From: Bacteroidales bacterium
GTDB lineage: Bacteria > Bacteroidota > Bacteroidia > Bacteroidales > UBA7960
NCBI GenBank assembly: GCA_007135645.1
Contig: SLIL01000337.1
Coordinates: 1 to 43,883 of the forward strand
DNA: 43,883 nucleotides
Direction: 5' to 3'
The position numbers and the translations under genes were made by a program. The stretch's first letter is position 1. Every line of letters begins with the position of its first letter. Shown piece after piece: positions 18,590 through 26,943 of the stretch. Below the pieces are notes generated by a model, which was not told the DNA's origin, did not search any database, and worked only from the letters and a program-made list of their open reading frames with translations.

Positions 18590-19984
18590 ATGAAACCTGT
18601 AAAAACAGATAGTTTGGATAATTTTGCAGAAACAGCAGAAAGGCATAAAGAACGGTTCCGGTTTGAATGGCCTGGAAAAGAAGCTGCCATAAAGTCGGCC
18701 AGGGAGCCTGCCACACAAAACCTGGTGCCGGTAGAGGAGGAAAGCCTGCATTTCAATGACACCCGGAATCTTTATATTGAAGGGGATAACCTTGAAGCCC
18801 TGAAAGTACTCCAGGATAAATATTCAGGCAAGATTAAGATGATTTACATTGACCCTCCGTATAATACGGGCAATGATTTTGTTTACAATGATAAATTCAG
18901 AGATATCCATAATAAGGGGACGCATAAGTCGGGCCCGGGGGAATCAGCAGCGGATGAAAATGCCCTTTCATCCCGCAATCATTCAATATGGCTTTCCATG
19001 ATGTATCCCAGGCTGATGCTGGCGCGCCAGTTGCTTGCCCGCGACGGAGCAATTTTCATCTCCATTGATGACCATGAGTTGCATCATCTGAGAGTGATCT
19101 GTGATGAGATATTTGGTGCATCAAATCTACGAAATACCTTTGCTGTGCGACGCTACGACAAGAACCTCAACCGCCAGTTTATGGCCAATGGGCTCAAAAC
19201 ATTCAATGTGGGGTTTGAGTACATTCTCTGCTATGCAAAGTCAGAAGCCTTTGAATTTCAGCCCGTATTCCGGGAGCCTTCACAAAAGCGATCGGCCACC
19301 GGCTATTGGAAAGGTTTCTGGAATGATGCCGACAGACCTACCATGCGCTATGACTTACTGGGATTTACCCCGGAAACTGGACAATGGAAATGGAAACAGG
19401 AAACGGCCCTGGAGGCGGTAAATAATTACAAAGAGTACCTTGAACATTTCTCATCACAGATGTCGCTGGAAGAATACTGGATCCATACCGGAATGACTAA
19501 AAAATTCATTCGTCGCAATCCCAACGGAAAAGGAAAAAACAAAGGGGTAGAAAACTGGATTGCCCCCTCATCAGGCATACTCAGAAGTTCAAACTGGACC
19601 GATCTGCTTGTCTCAAAATCTGACGAAACAAGCAAGGGGTTGTTTGATTTTCCCAAAAATGTAGAGGTAATTAAAACTCTTATCAATACTGCCTGTAAAA
19701 GTGAGGGGATTATCCTGGATTTTTTCGCCGGATCATCTACCACGGCCCATGCTGTTATGGAATTGAATGTGCAGGATGGTGGCGAGAGAAGTTTTATTCT
19801 GGTACAAATTCCAGAAGATACACATCCCAAAAGCCATGCAAGAAAAGAAGGATATGAGAATATCTGCCAGATAGGGAAGGAGAGAATCAATAGGGTTGTA
19901 GATAAGCTCAAAGGAGAATCAGCTCAGGTCGATCTGGGTTACCAGGTATTCAGGCTTGAGAATGTCTCCTTTCCTGGGGGGTGA
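18590..19984 (+). CDS. beta-class N6-adenine (Type III Mod-like, COG2189-type) site-specific DNA methyltransferase, C-terminally short
   Basis: 464 aa. The N-terminal FEWPGKEAA and NLYIEGDNLEALKVL motifs are Mod-like. Catalytic motif IV is IYIDPPYNTGNDFVYNDKF (DPPY at 18851..18862). FDFPKNVEVIKTLI follows, and the AdoMet motif I (ILDFFAGSSTTAHAV) comes after the variable region, which is the beta-class order. The ORF ends right after GYQVFRLEN, where full-length Mods continue. Confidence 0.9.
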   Translation: MKPVKTDSLDNFAETAERHKERFRFEWPGKEAAIKSAREPATQNLVPVEEESLHFNDTRNLYIEGDNLEALKVLQDKYSGKIKMIYIDPPYNTGNDFVYNDKFRDIHNKGTHKSGPGESAADENALSSRNHSIWLSMMYPRLMLARQLLARDGAIFISIDDHELHHLRVICDEIFGASNLRNTFAVRRYDKNLNRQFMANGLKTFNVGFEYILCYAKSEAFEFQPVFREPSQKRSATGYWKGFWNDADRPTMRYDLLGFTPETGQWKWKQETALEAVNNYKEYLEHFSSQMSLEEYWIHTGMTKKFIRRNPNGKGKNKGVENWIAPSSGILRSSNWTDLLVSKSDETSKGLFDFPKNVEVIKTLINTACKSEGIILDFFAGSSTTAHAVMELNVQDGGERSFILVQIPEDTHPKSHARKEGYENICQIGKERINRVVDKLKGESAQVDLGYQVFRLENVSFPGG

Positions 19985-20014
19985 TTTACCGGTATTTACC
20001 AGACAGAGAATTTT

Positions 20015-20770
20015 ATGGAGCTCAGTTTTTATCATCATACCACCAATTGCAGAGAAGAGAATGGGTTAGAGAATTCCAGGAGGATAGAACCATTTACTTT
20101 TTCCTACACCAGGTTTTTTGCCAATACCAATGAAAACCATGCAAAATTTATTGAAAAACTATTGAAAAGTGCCTCCAGGCTTGCACAAAGTGTAAATCCC
20201 GGTGCAGCCAATAATCCTTCTGAGCAAAGAAAATTTCAAAGGCTGCTTGCCAATGCAGCAGCCGGTTTGCTGGCAGAGTTTTGCTGGAAAAAATATATCA
20301 ATTCAATGGCTGGCATATTGCTGGCCGATTATGCAGAGTTTGAAACTGCAGCCACACAAACAGATCTGATCATTACAACAACCGGTAAACGTATTGAGGT
20401 ACGGTCCTCTTTTCCCCGTAATAAAATATCCTTTGCACTGTGCCATCCCAGGTACGAATTTGATATTCTGGGTCCCTATTCCAATTCCGTGAAACCTGGT
20501 GAAATACAGAAAGACTTTTATTTGCGCACATTGTACTATATCCCCGATGGTACTTCTTTTCTTGATTATCTGAAACAGGATAAATTCCCGGTTTTTCTTA
20601 CAGGTGGGGCTACCTGGGAGATGATGACAGACGATCGTTTTTCAAAAAACAAAGACCTGTTGCCCGAAGACTCTATATCCCTTAAATCAGGCCAAAAGGC
20701 TACTTACAGGGTAGTTCCTTTCAGTAAAGCTTTGGACACAAGTCAGATGATAAAAAAAATGATAGGGTAG
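20015..20770 (+). CDS. hypothetical protein with PD-(D/E)xK-like motif; candidate nuclease partner of the methyltransferase
   Basis: 251-aa ORF that starts 30 nt after the MTase stop and is in the same frame. It has a helix glutamate (GLLAEFCW), then Asp117 (QTDLII), 10 residues, and Glu128-Val-Arg130 (RIEVRSS). This gives the E...D-x10-E-x-(K/R) spacing of restriction-endonuclease-like folds. I did not recognise a family. Confidence 0.5.
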   Translation: MELSFYHHTTNCREENGLENSRRIEPFTFSYTRFFANTNENHAKFIEKLLKSASRLAQSVNPGAANNPSEQRKFQRLLANAAAGLLAEFCWKKYINSMAGILLADYAEFETAATQTDLIITTTGKRIEVRSSFPRNKISFALCHPRYEFDILGPYSNSVKPGEIQKDFYLRTLYYIPDGTSFLDYLKQDKFPVFLTGGATWEMMTDDRFSKNKDLLPEDSISLKSGQKATYRVVPFSKALDTSQMIKKMIG

Positions 20771-20895
20771 GGGCTCTTTTAATACTTGAATATACAATAA
20801 TTCGTTTATCTTATCTGAAAAACCATTAAATTCGCAATGCTTTTAATGATTTGACAGGTAATTTTTGGTGTGTAATAATAAAAACTGAAGAACAA

Positions 20896-21345
20896 ATGAA
20901 AATAAAACTGGTTTTGATCCTGGCAATACTGGTAGTGTTGGCCGGTTGTAGAACAAACAGAATGGCAGCCGTTGAGAGGCCCGAATTTGAAAGGCCGGCA
21001 ATTGAAAAAGAAACCGAAACAGTTGTGGAAGTTGATGCTGATACCGGGATCATGTCGCTGGAAGAACATTTCACTTTTACCAGTGACTTTGACAAGAGCA
21101 TGCACGATGATTATACGTATTTTGTTATAATCGGAAGTTTTCGCCAGAAAGACAATGCACAAAGATTCATGGAAACGTTGTATGTAAAGGGACTTGAGCC
21201 TGTGATACTGCTTAGTGAAACAGGGCTGCATCGTATTTCTGTGGGTTCTTTTGAGCGCGAAAATGATGCCCGGTCAATAATCATGCAGATAAGGTCTGAT
21301 TTTAAAGAGCATGAAGATACCTGGTTATTGATCAGAAAACAATAA
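20896..21345 (+). CDS. SPOR-domain lipoprotein
   Basis: Lipobox (LVVLAGCRT) and a C-terminal SPOR domain (YFVIIGSFRQKDNAQRFMETLYVKGLEPVILLSETGLHRISVGSFERENDA). I prefer the start at Met16 of the tracked ORF (20851). Confidence 0.8.
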   Translation: MKIKLVLILAILVVLAGCRTNRMAAVERPEFERPAIEKETETVVEVDADTGIMSLEEHFTFTSDFDKSMHDDYTYFVIIGSFRQKDNAQRFMETLYVKGLEPVILLSETGLHRISVGSFERENDARSIIMQIRSDFKEHEDTWLLIRKQ

Positions 21346-21372
21346 AAAAAGAGGCCGGAACTTCCCGGCCTC
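21345..21372 (-). terminator. rho-independent terminator of the DUF302 gene (hairpin shared with the convergent SPOR gene)
   Basis: GAGGCCGG (21351..21358) pairs with CCGGCCTC (21365..21372). The A-run at 21345..21350 becomes the U-tract on the minus strand. Confidence 0.7.
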
Positions 21373-21411
21373 CTTCAAATAAGCACCAATCAAAGATAAT
21401 TACTGTACTTT

Positions 21412-21891
21412 TTATTTCTTGATTGATTGGATCATTTTTTCACTTTCTGCTGAAGCTATTCCCATTACATCTGCAATTACTCCACCCATCATATTCCCCA
21501 TCATGGAGGTGTTCATCCATGAAATGTAGGTTTTTCCGTCTGATTTCTCGTAAATAGACACACGGCAGGGCATCATGTTTGAAACGATTCTCTCCTCATC
21601 CAGTTTCAGAATTTCGTAGGCATGATCAGGATGGCAAAGTTCAAAAACTTTCATGCTGTTTACCTGGTATCCGTTTACCCGCATGGTTTCTTTCATGTCG
21701 TGAACCGTGGGGATCTTCCAGCCCATGTCTTTGGCCGTTTGCTCAAATACTTCTACTGATCTCTCAAAGGAGTATTTGCTTTCTGCCTCCTTAAGCATCA
21801 TGCCGGGAGCTGCTTTGTATGCCAGCAATGAGGTAAGTAAAATTCCTGCTACTAATCCACCGAGTACGAATAAAATGCTTGATTTAGTCAT
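21412..21891 (-). CDS. membrane-anchored DUF302-domain protein
   Basis: 159 aa. It has an N-terminal TM helix followed by a DUF302-like core (VFELCHPDHAYEILKLDEERIVSNMMPCRVSIYEKSDGKTYISWMN). Confidence 0.8.
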   Translation of the reverse strand: MTKSSILFVLGGLVAGILLTSLLAYKAAPGMMLKEAESKYSFERSVEVFEQTAKDMGWKIPTVHDMKETMRVNGYQVNSMKVFELCHPDHAYEILKLDEERIVSNMMPCRVSIYEKSDGKTYISWMNTSMMGNMMGGVIADVMGIASAESEKMIQSIKK

Positions 21892-21964
21892 GATTGATAA
21901 TTTTTAAATATTTACACTATGATTGAATTTCTTTTTTGATTATTGTGCTTTCGCCTGTAAGTAT

Positions 21965-21979
21965 TCTATATTTGTGCCA
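21965..21979 (-). promoter_or_regulatory. weak sigma-54-like -24/-12 element upstream of the DUF302 gene
   Basis: The minus strand reads TGGCAC-AAATA-TAGA. The -24 half is perfect, but the -12 half matches only 2 of 4 positions of TTGC. It lies about 75 nt upstream of the DUF302 start codon. Confidence 0.2.
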
Positions 21980-22030
21980 TAAATTGCAATATGCACTATA
22001 TCAGCAATATAAGCGATTTGTTGTTTTTCC

Positions 22031-22096
22031 TGGTTAACAGGTTTGTTAACAGTTTTGTTAGCATAAAAATGCTAACTTTGCTAACCATTGTTAACT
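22031..22096. promoter_or_regulatory. phased array of six T(T/G)G(T/C)TA(A/G)C repeats including a perfect 20-bp palindrome, directly upstream of the sigma-54 activator gene
   Basis: Read directly. The copies are TGGTTAAC (22031), TTGTTAAC (22043), TTGTTAGC (22055), ATGCTAAC (22069), TTGCTAAC (22078) and TTGTTAAC (22089), spaced 9-14 bp apart. GTTAGCAT-AAAA-ATGCTAAC (22057..22076) is a perfect inverted repeat. TAACTTTG (22073..22080) also fits a TAnnTTTG -7 box 30 nt before the ATG at 22110. Confidence 0.45.
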
Positions 22097-22109
22097 TTAT
22101 CCAGGTGAT

Positions 22110-23504
22110 ATGTTTACTGATTTTAAGTCCCTGGCCCGCTCCCTACCCTGCGGCCTTGTTATTACAGATAAAGAGCTCAACATTGAGTTTATTAATGATT
22201 TTGCTGCCCAGCAAATTTTCTCGCTTTCTGCTGATAAAAAATCAACCAATCTGAAGGAACATACTTTTTACACCACAGATATGCGCAGGTTTGATATGGA
22301 TAACTGCATGAGATCCATGGTTGACTCCGGCAAAAGAACTTTTCACAAAACCCTCGTAGTAAAAGGAGGCAAACAGGAGAAACTGGTTTATTTTTCGGTA
22401 AATGCACTGCGTGAAAACAAGGGCAAAGAGTTGTACCTGTTTAATATCACCGATATATCGGATGAGATGGATTGCATTACCCATTCTCCCGGGACCTTTG
22501 GCAGATCAGAATATACGTTGCGAAAAAAGATCATTGGCAATGATCAAAAGATACTTGATATTTACAGGATGATAAGCCTGGCCGCCGATTCAGAAGTGAA
22601 TGTGTTGATCCAGGGCGAAAGCGGAACAGGCAAGGAGCTGGTTGCAGATGCCATACACGAACTATCACACCGGAAAAACAACCCAATTATTAAGGTGAAC
22701 TGTGCCGCTTTTCCTGAAACATTGCTGGAGAGCGAGCTATTCGGCCATGTAAAAGGAGCCTTTACCGGGGCCTACAAAGATAAACCGGGAAAATTTGAAC
22801 TGGCCAACGGGGGGACCATTTTTCTGGATGAGATCGGGGAGATCAGCCAGACGATTCAGGTGAAGTTGCTTAGAGTGATCCAGGAAAAGACTATTGAAAG
22901 GATCGGGGATAATAAGCCCATCAAAGTTGATATGCGCATTGTTTCGGCCACCAATAAAAACCTGCGCGAACAGATAAAGAAAGACCTGTTCAGGGAAGAT
23001 CTTTTTTACCGGCTCAATGTATTTAATATCGAAATGCCTCCATTGCGTGAGAGACACCTGGATATCCCCATGCTTTCGGATTTCTTTATTGAAAAATTCA
23101 ATGACTCCACAGGCCGGGCTGTTAAAGGGTTGAGCCGTGAAGCAGTGAAAGTGATGATGGAATATCCCTGGCCAGGGAATATCAGGGAGTTGCAGAATGC
23201 CATTGAGCATGCCTTTGTGCTGGTGAGTGGCAATATTATTGAACTTCAGGATCTGCCTCGTGAAATCATTGAAAATAATCATTCGGATACATCCTCTGCC
23301 CGGCAAGCCAGTGGACAGAACCTGGCTGCATCCGTATATTATGCAGAGATATTCAGGCATAAAAAAGGAGGAAGGCTGAAAATATCCAAAGAACAACTAA
23401 TGGGTGTTCTTGAGATGCACGATTTTAACCAGAGCAAAACAGCCGAATTCCTTGGCATCAGCAGGGTTGCCCTCTGGAAAAAGATGAAAAAAATGGGAAT
23501 CTGA
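22110..23504 (+). CDS. sigma-54-dependent transcriptional activator (PAS-like sensor + AAA+ + Fis-type HTH), no receiver domain
   Basis: 464 aa. It has Walker A (GESGTGKE), ESELFGHVKGAFTGA (the GAFTGA loop), Walker B (GGTIFLDEIGE), an R-finger region (REDLFYRLNV), PWPGNIRELQN, and a C-terminal HTH (QSKTAEFLGISRVALWKKMKKMGI). Confidence 0.92.
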   Translation: MFTDFKSLARSLPCGLVITDKELNIEFINDFAAQQIFSLSADKKSTNLKEHTFYTTDMRRFDMDNCMRSMVDSGKRTFHKTLVVKGGKQEKLVYFSVNALRENKGKELYLFNITDISDEMDCITHSPGTFGRSEYTLRKKIIGNDQKILDIYRMISLAADSEVNVLIQGESGTGKELVADAIHELSHRKNNPIIKVNCAAFPETLLESELFGHVKGAFTGAYKDKPGKFELANGGTIFLDEIGEISQTIQVKLLRVIQEKTIERIGDNKPIKVDMRIVSATNKNLREQIKKDLFREDLFYRLNVFNIEMPPLRERHLDIPMLSDFFIEKFNDSTGRAVKGLSREAVKVMMEYPWPGNIRELQNAIEHAFVLVSGNIIELQDLPREIIENNHSDTSSARQASGQNLAASVYYAEIFRHKKGGRLKISKEQLMGVLEMHDFNQSKTAEFLGISRVALWKKMKKMGI

Positions 23505-23534
23505 GAAAGGGGTAATCTTATCGGGCAATCGGTA

Positions 23535-24623
23535 CTATTTTTTTTTCTTATTTTGAGCTTTGGTGCTCTTGCGGGCTTCATTCATATAATCATGAACCAT
23601 TTGATTGAACTCCTCTTTGTCTTTCTGGTGAAAATCAACCTCAATGGGGACATAATAAACCGGCAAATTTTCAATTAGCCTTGATAATTCAGGCTTCCTG
23701 AGTCTCATACTATCCTTCTCGGTAGTTATAATGGCTTTACTTCCGCTGTAGGTTTCATGGTATTGCTCGATAAGGGATGCAATTTCTTTTTCGGTAAACT
23801 GATGATGATCAGGGTATTTGAATATTTTTAAATCAAGACATAGCCTTTTAAGGTATTCTCCAAGGGGTGTTGGGTTGGCAATTCCCGTAACAAGGAAAAT
23901 TGTTTTTGCATTTTGCATATTCCGCTCCCTGGCAATGGGCGACAAGGGTACCCATTCCCCATACTTTATGTAAGAAAAAAAGATTTTGCCGATGTCGTAT
24001 TTTGCAAGGTCTTTTAGTATGAGTTTGCGGTCCAAAGGAGAAAACACCGATGGGGTTTTGGTGATCACCAGTGCATCAGCCCTTGAAGCCCCGCCTCTGA
24101 ACTCCCTTAGATTTCCGGTGGGCAACAAATAGTTTTTTGTAAAAATCTTATGATAATCGGTAAGGAGAATATTCAGCCCGGGTTTTACATAGCGATGCTG
24201 AAATACATCATCCAGCAAAATCACTTCGTTCTTTGGATAATCATTCAGGATCTTTTGCACACCTTTTCTGCGGTTTGCATGCACAGCAACCAGCGCTTCA
24301 GGATGTTTCAGATAGATCTGTAATGGCTCATCGCCTATTTGCCTTACCGTAGACTGTTTTGAGGCAACCTGAAAACCCTTGCTTCTTCTTTTATAACCCC
24401 TGCTGAGTACAGCCACTTTATAGCTTTTCTTTAGCAAAGTTACCAGGTATTCAACATGTGGTGTTTTCCCTGTCCCCCCGGTACTGAGGTTTCCAACCCC
24501 TATCAGGGGATGGTCAAATGCTTTGGACGGTAATATCCTCCAGTCAAAAAGTTTATTTCTTAACCATGTGATAAAACCATAAAGCAGAGAAATGGGGAAG
24601 AGCAGAATTCGTATAATAATCAT
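23535..24623 (-). CDS. lpxK: tetraacyldisaccharide 4'-kinase
   Basis: 362 aa. The N-terminal membrane helix (ILLFPISLLYGFITWLRNKLF) and P-loop (VGNLSTGGTGKTPHVEYL) are characteristic of LpxK. Confidence 0.9.
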   Translation of the reverse strand: MIIIRILLFPISLLYGFITWLRNKLFDWRILPSKAFDHPLIGVGNLSTGGTGKTPHVEYLVTLLKKSYKVAVLSRGYKRRSKGFQVASKQSTVRQIGDEPLQIYLKHPEALVAVHANRRKGVQKILNDYPKNEVILLDDVFQHRYVKPGLNILLTDYHKIFTKNYLLPTGNLREFRGGASRADALVITKTPSVFSPLDRKLILKDLAKYDIGKIFFSYIKYGEWVPLSPIARERNMQNAKTIFLVTGIANPTPLGEYLKRLCLDLKIFKYPDHHQFTEKEIASLIEQYHETYSGSKAIITTEKDSMRLRKPELSRLIENLPVYYVPIEVDFHQKDKEEFNQMVHDYMNEARKSTKAQNKKKK

Positions 24624-24882
24624 ATTCCAAAATTATAAAATGAAAAGAACCTGACCAAACGTAAATTGCTAATATTTAGTATGGTACATGATATTTATCA
24701 ACTCTGGTTTTGATTAGGTGTATTTTTGGCATTGTTTAATCTAAAAATCATCCCTAAGAGTAGAATGATTCAAAGATTCTATGTATCCAAAAAACTTTTC
24801 AACTTCTCATAACTATGTTCCTGGCAATTCACCATTGGGCATTTTTTCTTAATTTCGCTTTACCTAACAAAAACCCAAATTT

Positions 24883-25977
24883 ATGAAGCTAAAAGAGATC
24901 GTAAATGCATTTCATGAGCTGGCACCTTTTAACCTGCAGGAGAGCTATGATAACTCAGGAATACAATATGGTGAGCCTGACAAAGATGTAAAAAGAGGGC
25001 TGGTATGCATTGACGTAACGGAAGAAATTGTGGAAGAAGCCATTAGTAAAAAGTGTGACCTGATCATCTCGCATCATCCTCTGATATTTAATGGAATAAA
25101 AAAACTGACCGGCAAGCATTACACCGAGCGTGCATTGATTAATGCCATTAAGAATGATGTGGCAATAGTTTCTGTTCATACCAATCTCGATAGTGTTGTG
25201 CAGGGAGTAAATGAAATACTTGCCCGCAAAATCGGCATTGAAAATCCGGATATTCTTGACAAAAGAGAAGGGTTGCTGAAAAAACTGGTTGTGTTTTGTC
25301 CGTCAGATCATGCTGATCAGGTGAGAGATGCTATTTTTCTTGCCGGAGCAGGCCAGATTGGCGATTATGATTGCTGCAGTTTCAATCTTCAGGGCAAAGG
25401 CAGCTTCAGGGGAGGTGAAGATACCAATCCCTTTGTTGGAAATAAGGGGGAGGTGCACCTTGAAGAGGAGGTAAGAATTGAGACTATTTTGCCCGGCTGG
25501 TTGCAGAAGGATGTTGTAAAGGCGATGATAAAAGCGCATCCTTACGAGGAGGTTGCCTATGATGTTTATCCCCTTGAGAACACGTATGAGAAAGTGGGGA
25601 TGGGGATGATCGGAAAACTGAAAGCTCCCATGAATGAAAACGATTTTCTCAATATGCTTAAAGAAGAGCTGGGTGTGCCTTTTATTAGGCACAATGATTT
25701 TCTGGGTAAAGAGATTCTAACAGTTGCAGTGTGCGGGGGCAGCGGAAGTTTTCTCAGAGAGAAAGCAATGAATGCCTTGGCAGATGCATTTGTTACAGCA
25801 GATGTGAAATATCACGATTTTTTTGATGTAAAAGGGCAGATGCTGCTGGCTGATGTCGGACATTATGAAAGTGAACAATTTACAAAAGAAATTTTGTACG
25901 AGATAGTTACTAAAAAATTTACTAACTTTGCACTCCTGATTTCGGACCAGAGTACCAATCCTGTCAGGTATTTTTAG
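24883..25977 (+). CDS. Nif3-like dinuclear metal-centre protein (YbgI/GTP cyclohydrolase 1 type 2 family) with PII-like insert
   Basis: 364 aa with metal-ligand motifs ISHHPLIF, VHTNLD and DVGHYESE. The length fits the long form carrying an inserted domain. Confidence 0.9.
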   Translation: MKLKEIVNAFHELAPFNLQESYDNSGIQYGEPDKDVKRGLVCIDVTEEIVEEAISKKCDLIISHHPLIFNGIKKLTGKHYTERALINAIKNDVAIVSVHTNLDSVVQGVNEILARKIGIENPDILDKREGLLKKLVVFCPSDHADQVRDAIFLAGAGQIGDYDCCSFNLQGKGSFRGGEDTNPFVGNKGEVHLEEEVRIETILPGWLQKDVVKAMIKAHPYEEVAYDVYPLENTYEKVGMGMIGKLKAPMNENDFLNMLKEELGVPFIRHNDFLGKEILTVAVCGGSGSFLREKAMNALADAFVTADVKYHDFFDVKGQMLLADVGHYESEQFTKEILYEIVTKKFTNFALLISDQSTNPVRYF

Positions 25978-26008
25978 ATATTGAAAATCAATAAACTAGA
26001 GTTGCTAT

Positions 26009-26854
26009 ATGGCCAAAGCAAAAGAAAAAACAAAAAAACAGGTTGAGCCTGTTGTCGATGAACCGGAAATTCTTACCACAACCTCTGCAATGGATAAAAC
26101 AGGCGAAGACAGCCTGGAAGCCGCGGTTAGAAAGAAACTGGTAGCATTGTACACCTTGCAGCTGATTGATGCACAAATTGATAAAATCAGAAATATTCGC
26201 GGTGAACTTCCTCTCGAAGTGCAAGACCTTGAAGATGAGATTGAAGGTCTGGAAACCCGTATTGCTAAATTCAACCAGGAGATGTCTGATCTGCAAATGG
26301 AAATTACCCATAAGCAGAACAGCATCAAAGACAGTCATGAGTTGGTGAAAAAGTATGAAGCCCAGCAAATGAATGTGAGAAACAACAGGGAATATGATTC
26401 CCTTAGCAAGGAAATAGAATATCAGAGCCTGGAGATTCAACTGGCAGAGAAAAAGATCAAGGAATTTGAGGTTTCCATCCAAAGCAAGAAAGAGATCCTT
26501 GAGGTATCATCACAGGAGCTGGAAGAGAGAAAAAAGGACCTGGAAATTAAAAACAGCGAACTCAAAGATATTGTTGAAGAAACCCAGAAAGAAGAAGAGC
26601 AGTTGAAGGAAAAATCAGAAGGGCAGAAGAGCAAGATTGATGAAAGGATGCTTCAGGCGTATAAAAGGATCAGGGACAATGCGCGCAACGGACTCGCTGT
26701 TGTGCCGGTTGAAAGGGATGCCTGTGGCGGTTGTTTCAATAAGATCCCCCCGCAGCGTCAGCTTGATATCAGATTGAACAAAAAGATCATCGTGTGCGAG
26801 TATTGCGGGAGAATCCTTGTTGATCCCGAGATCATTGAAGAAACTACGCTTTAG
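26009..26854 (+). CDS. coiled-coil C4 zinc-ribbon protein (COG1579 / DUF164-like), usual partner of Nif3
   Basis: 281 aa. A long heptad-rich region is followed by a C-terminal CGGCFNKIPPQ...CEYCGRIL zinc ribbon. The gene lies 31 nt downstream of the Nif3 gene. An internal Met28 start is possible. Confidence 0.8.
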   Translation: MAKAKEKTKKQVEPVVDEPEILTTTSAMDKTGEDSLEAAVRKKLVALYTLQLIDAQIDKIRNIRGELPLEVQDLEDEIEGLETRIAKFNQEMSDLQMEITHKQNSIKDSHELVKKYEAQQMNVRNNREYDSLSKEIEYQSLEIQLAEKKIKEFEVSIQSKKEILEVSSQELEERKKDLEIKNSELKDIVEETQKEEEQLKEKSEGQKSKIDERMLQAYKRIRDNARNGLAVVPVERDACGGCFNKIPPQRQLDIRLNKKIIVCEYCGRILVDPEIIEETTL

Positions 26855-26878
26855 TAAAACGAACATATCGTAATAACA

Positions 26879-26909
26879 AAAAAAAGGGTTGCAATTGCAG
26901 CCCTTTTTT
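26879..26909. terminator. bidirectional rho-independent terminator
   Basis: GGGTTGC (26886..26892) pairs with GCAGCCC (26897..26903), with one G-U pair. A7 lies upstream and T6 downstream. It sits between convergent genes. Confidence 0.7.
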
Positions 26910-26943
26910 GTTTTGCTTGTTTTGAATGAGTTGTTAAGGTTGC

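Noticed and set aside
19976-19981. A G6 run immediately before the methyltransferase stop codon, as a possible phase-variation tract like those in Type III mod genes.
   Set aside because: Six G residues is shorter than typical slippage-prone tracts. The two ORFs are already in the same frame, so a +1 or -1 slip would not fuse them. A +1 shift runs into a stop after about 45 codons.
19982-19984. The TGA between the methyltransferase and the 251-aa ORF, as a recoded codon (alternative genetic code or selenocysteine).
   Set aside because: TGA clearly terminates other well-defined genes here (GT4 at 17495..17497, the sigma-54 activator at 23502..23504), so the standard code applies. I saw no SECIS-like hairpin directly downstream. 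Same-frame placement has a one-in-three chance of occurring by accident.
21991-22254. An 87-aa ORF spanning the repeat array and the start of the sigma-54 activator gene.
   Set aside because: It overlaps the activator coding sequence out of frame. It is made largely of the repeat array translated into Leu/Val/Asn-rich sequence, so it is not a credible gene.
22737-23396. A 219-aa ORF antisense to the sigma-54 activator AAA+ domain. Similar antisense ORFs occur at 34403..34702 and 23006..23233.
   Set aside because: These are shadow ORFs of highly conserved coding sequence. They have no signal, motif or independent start context.
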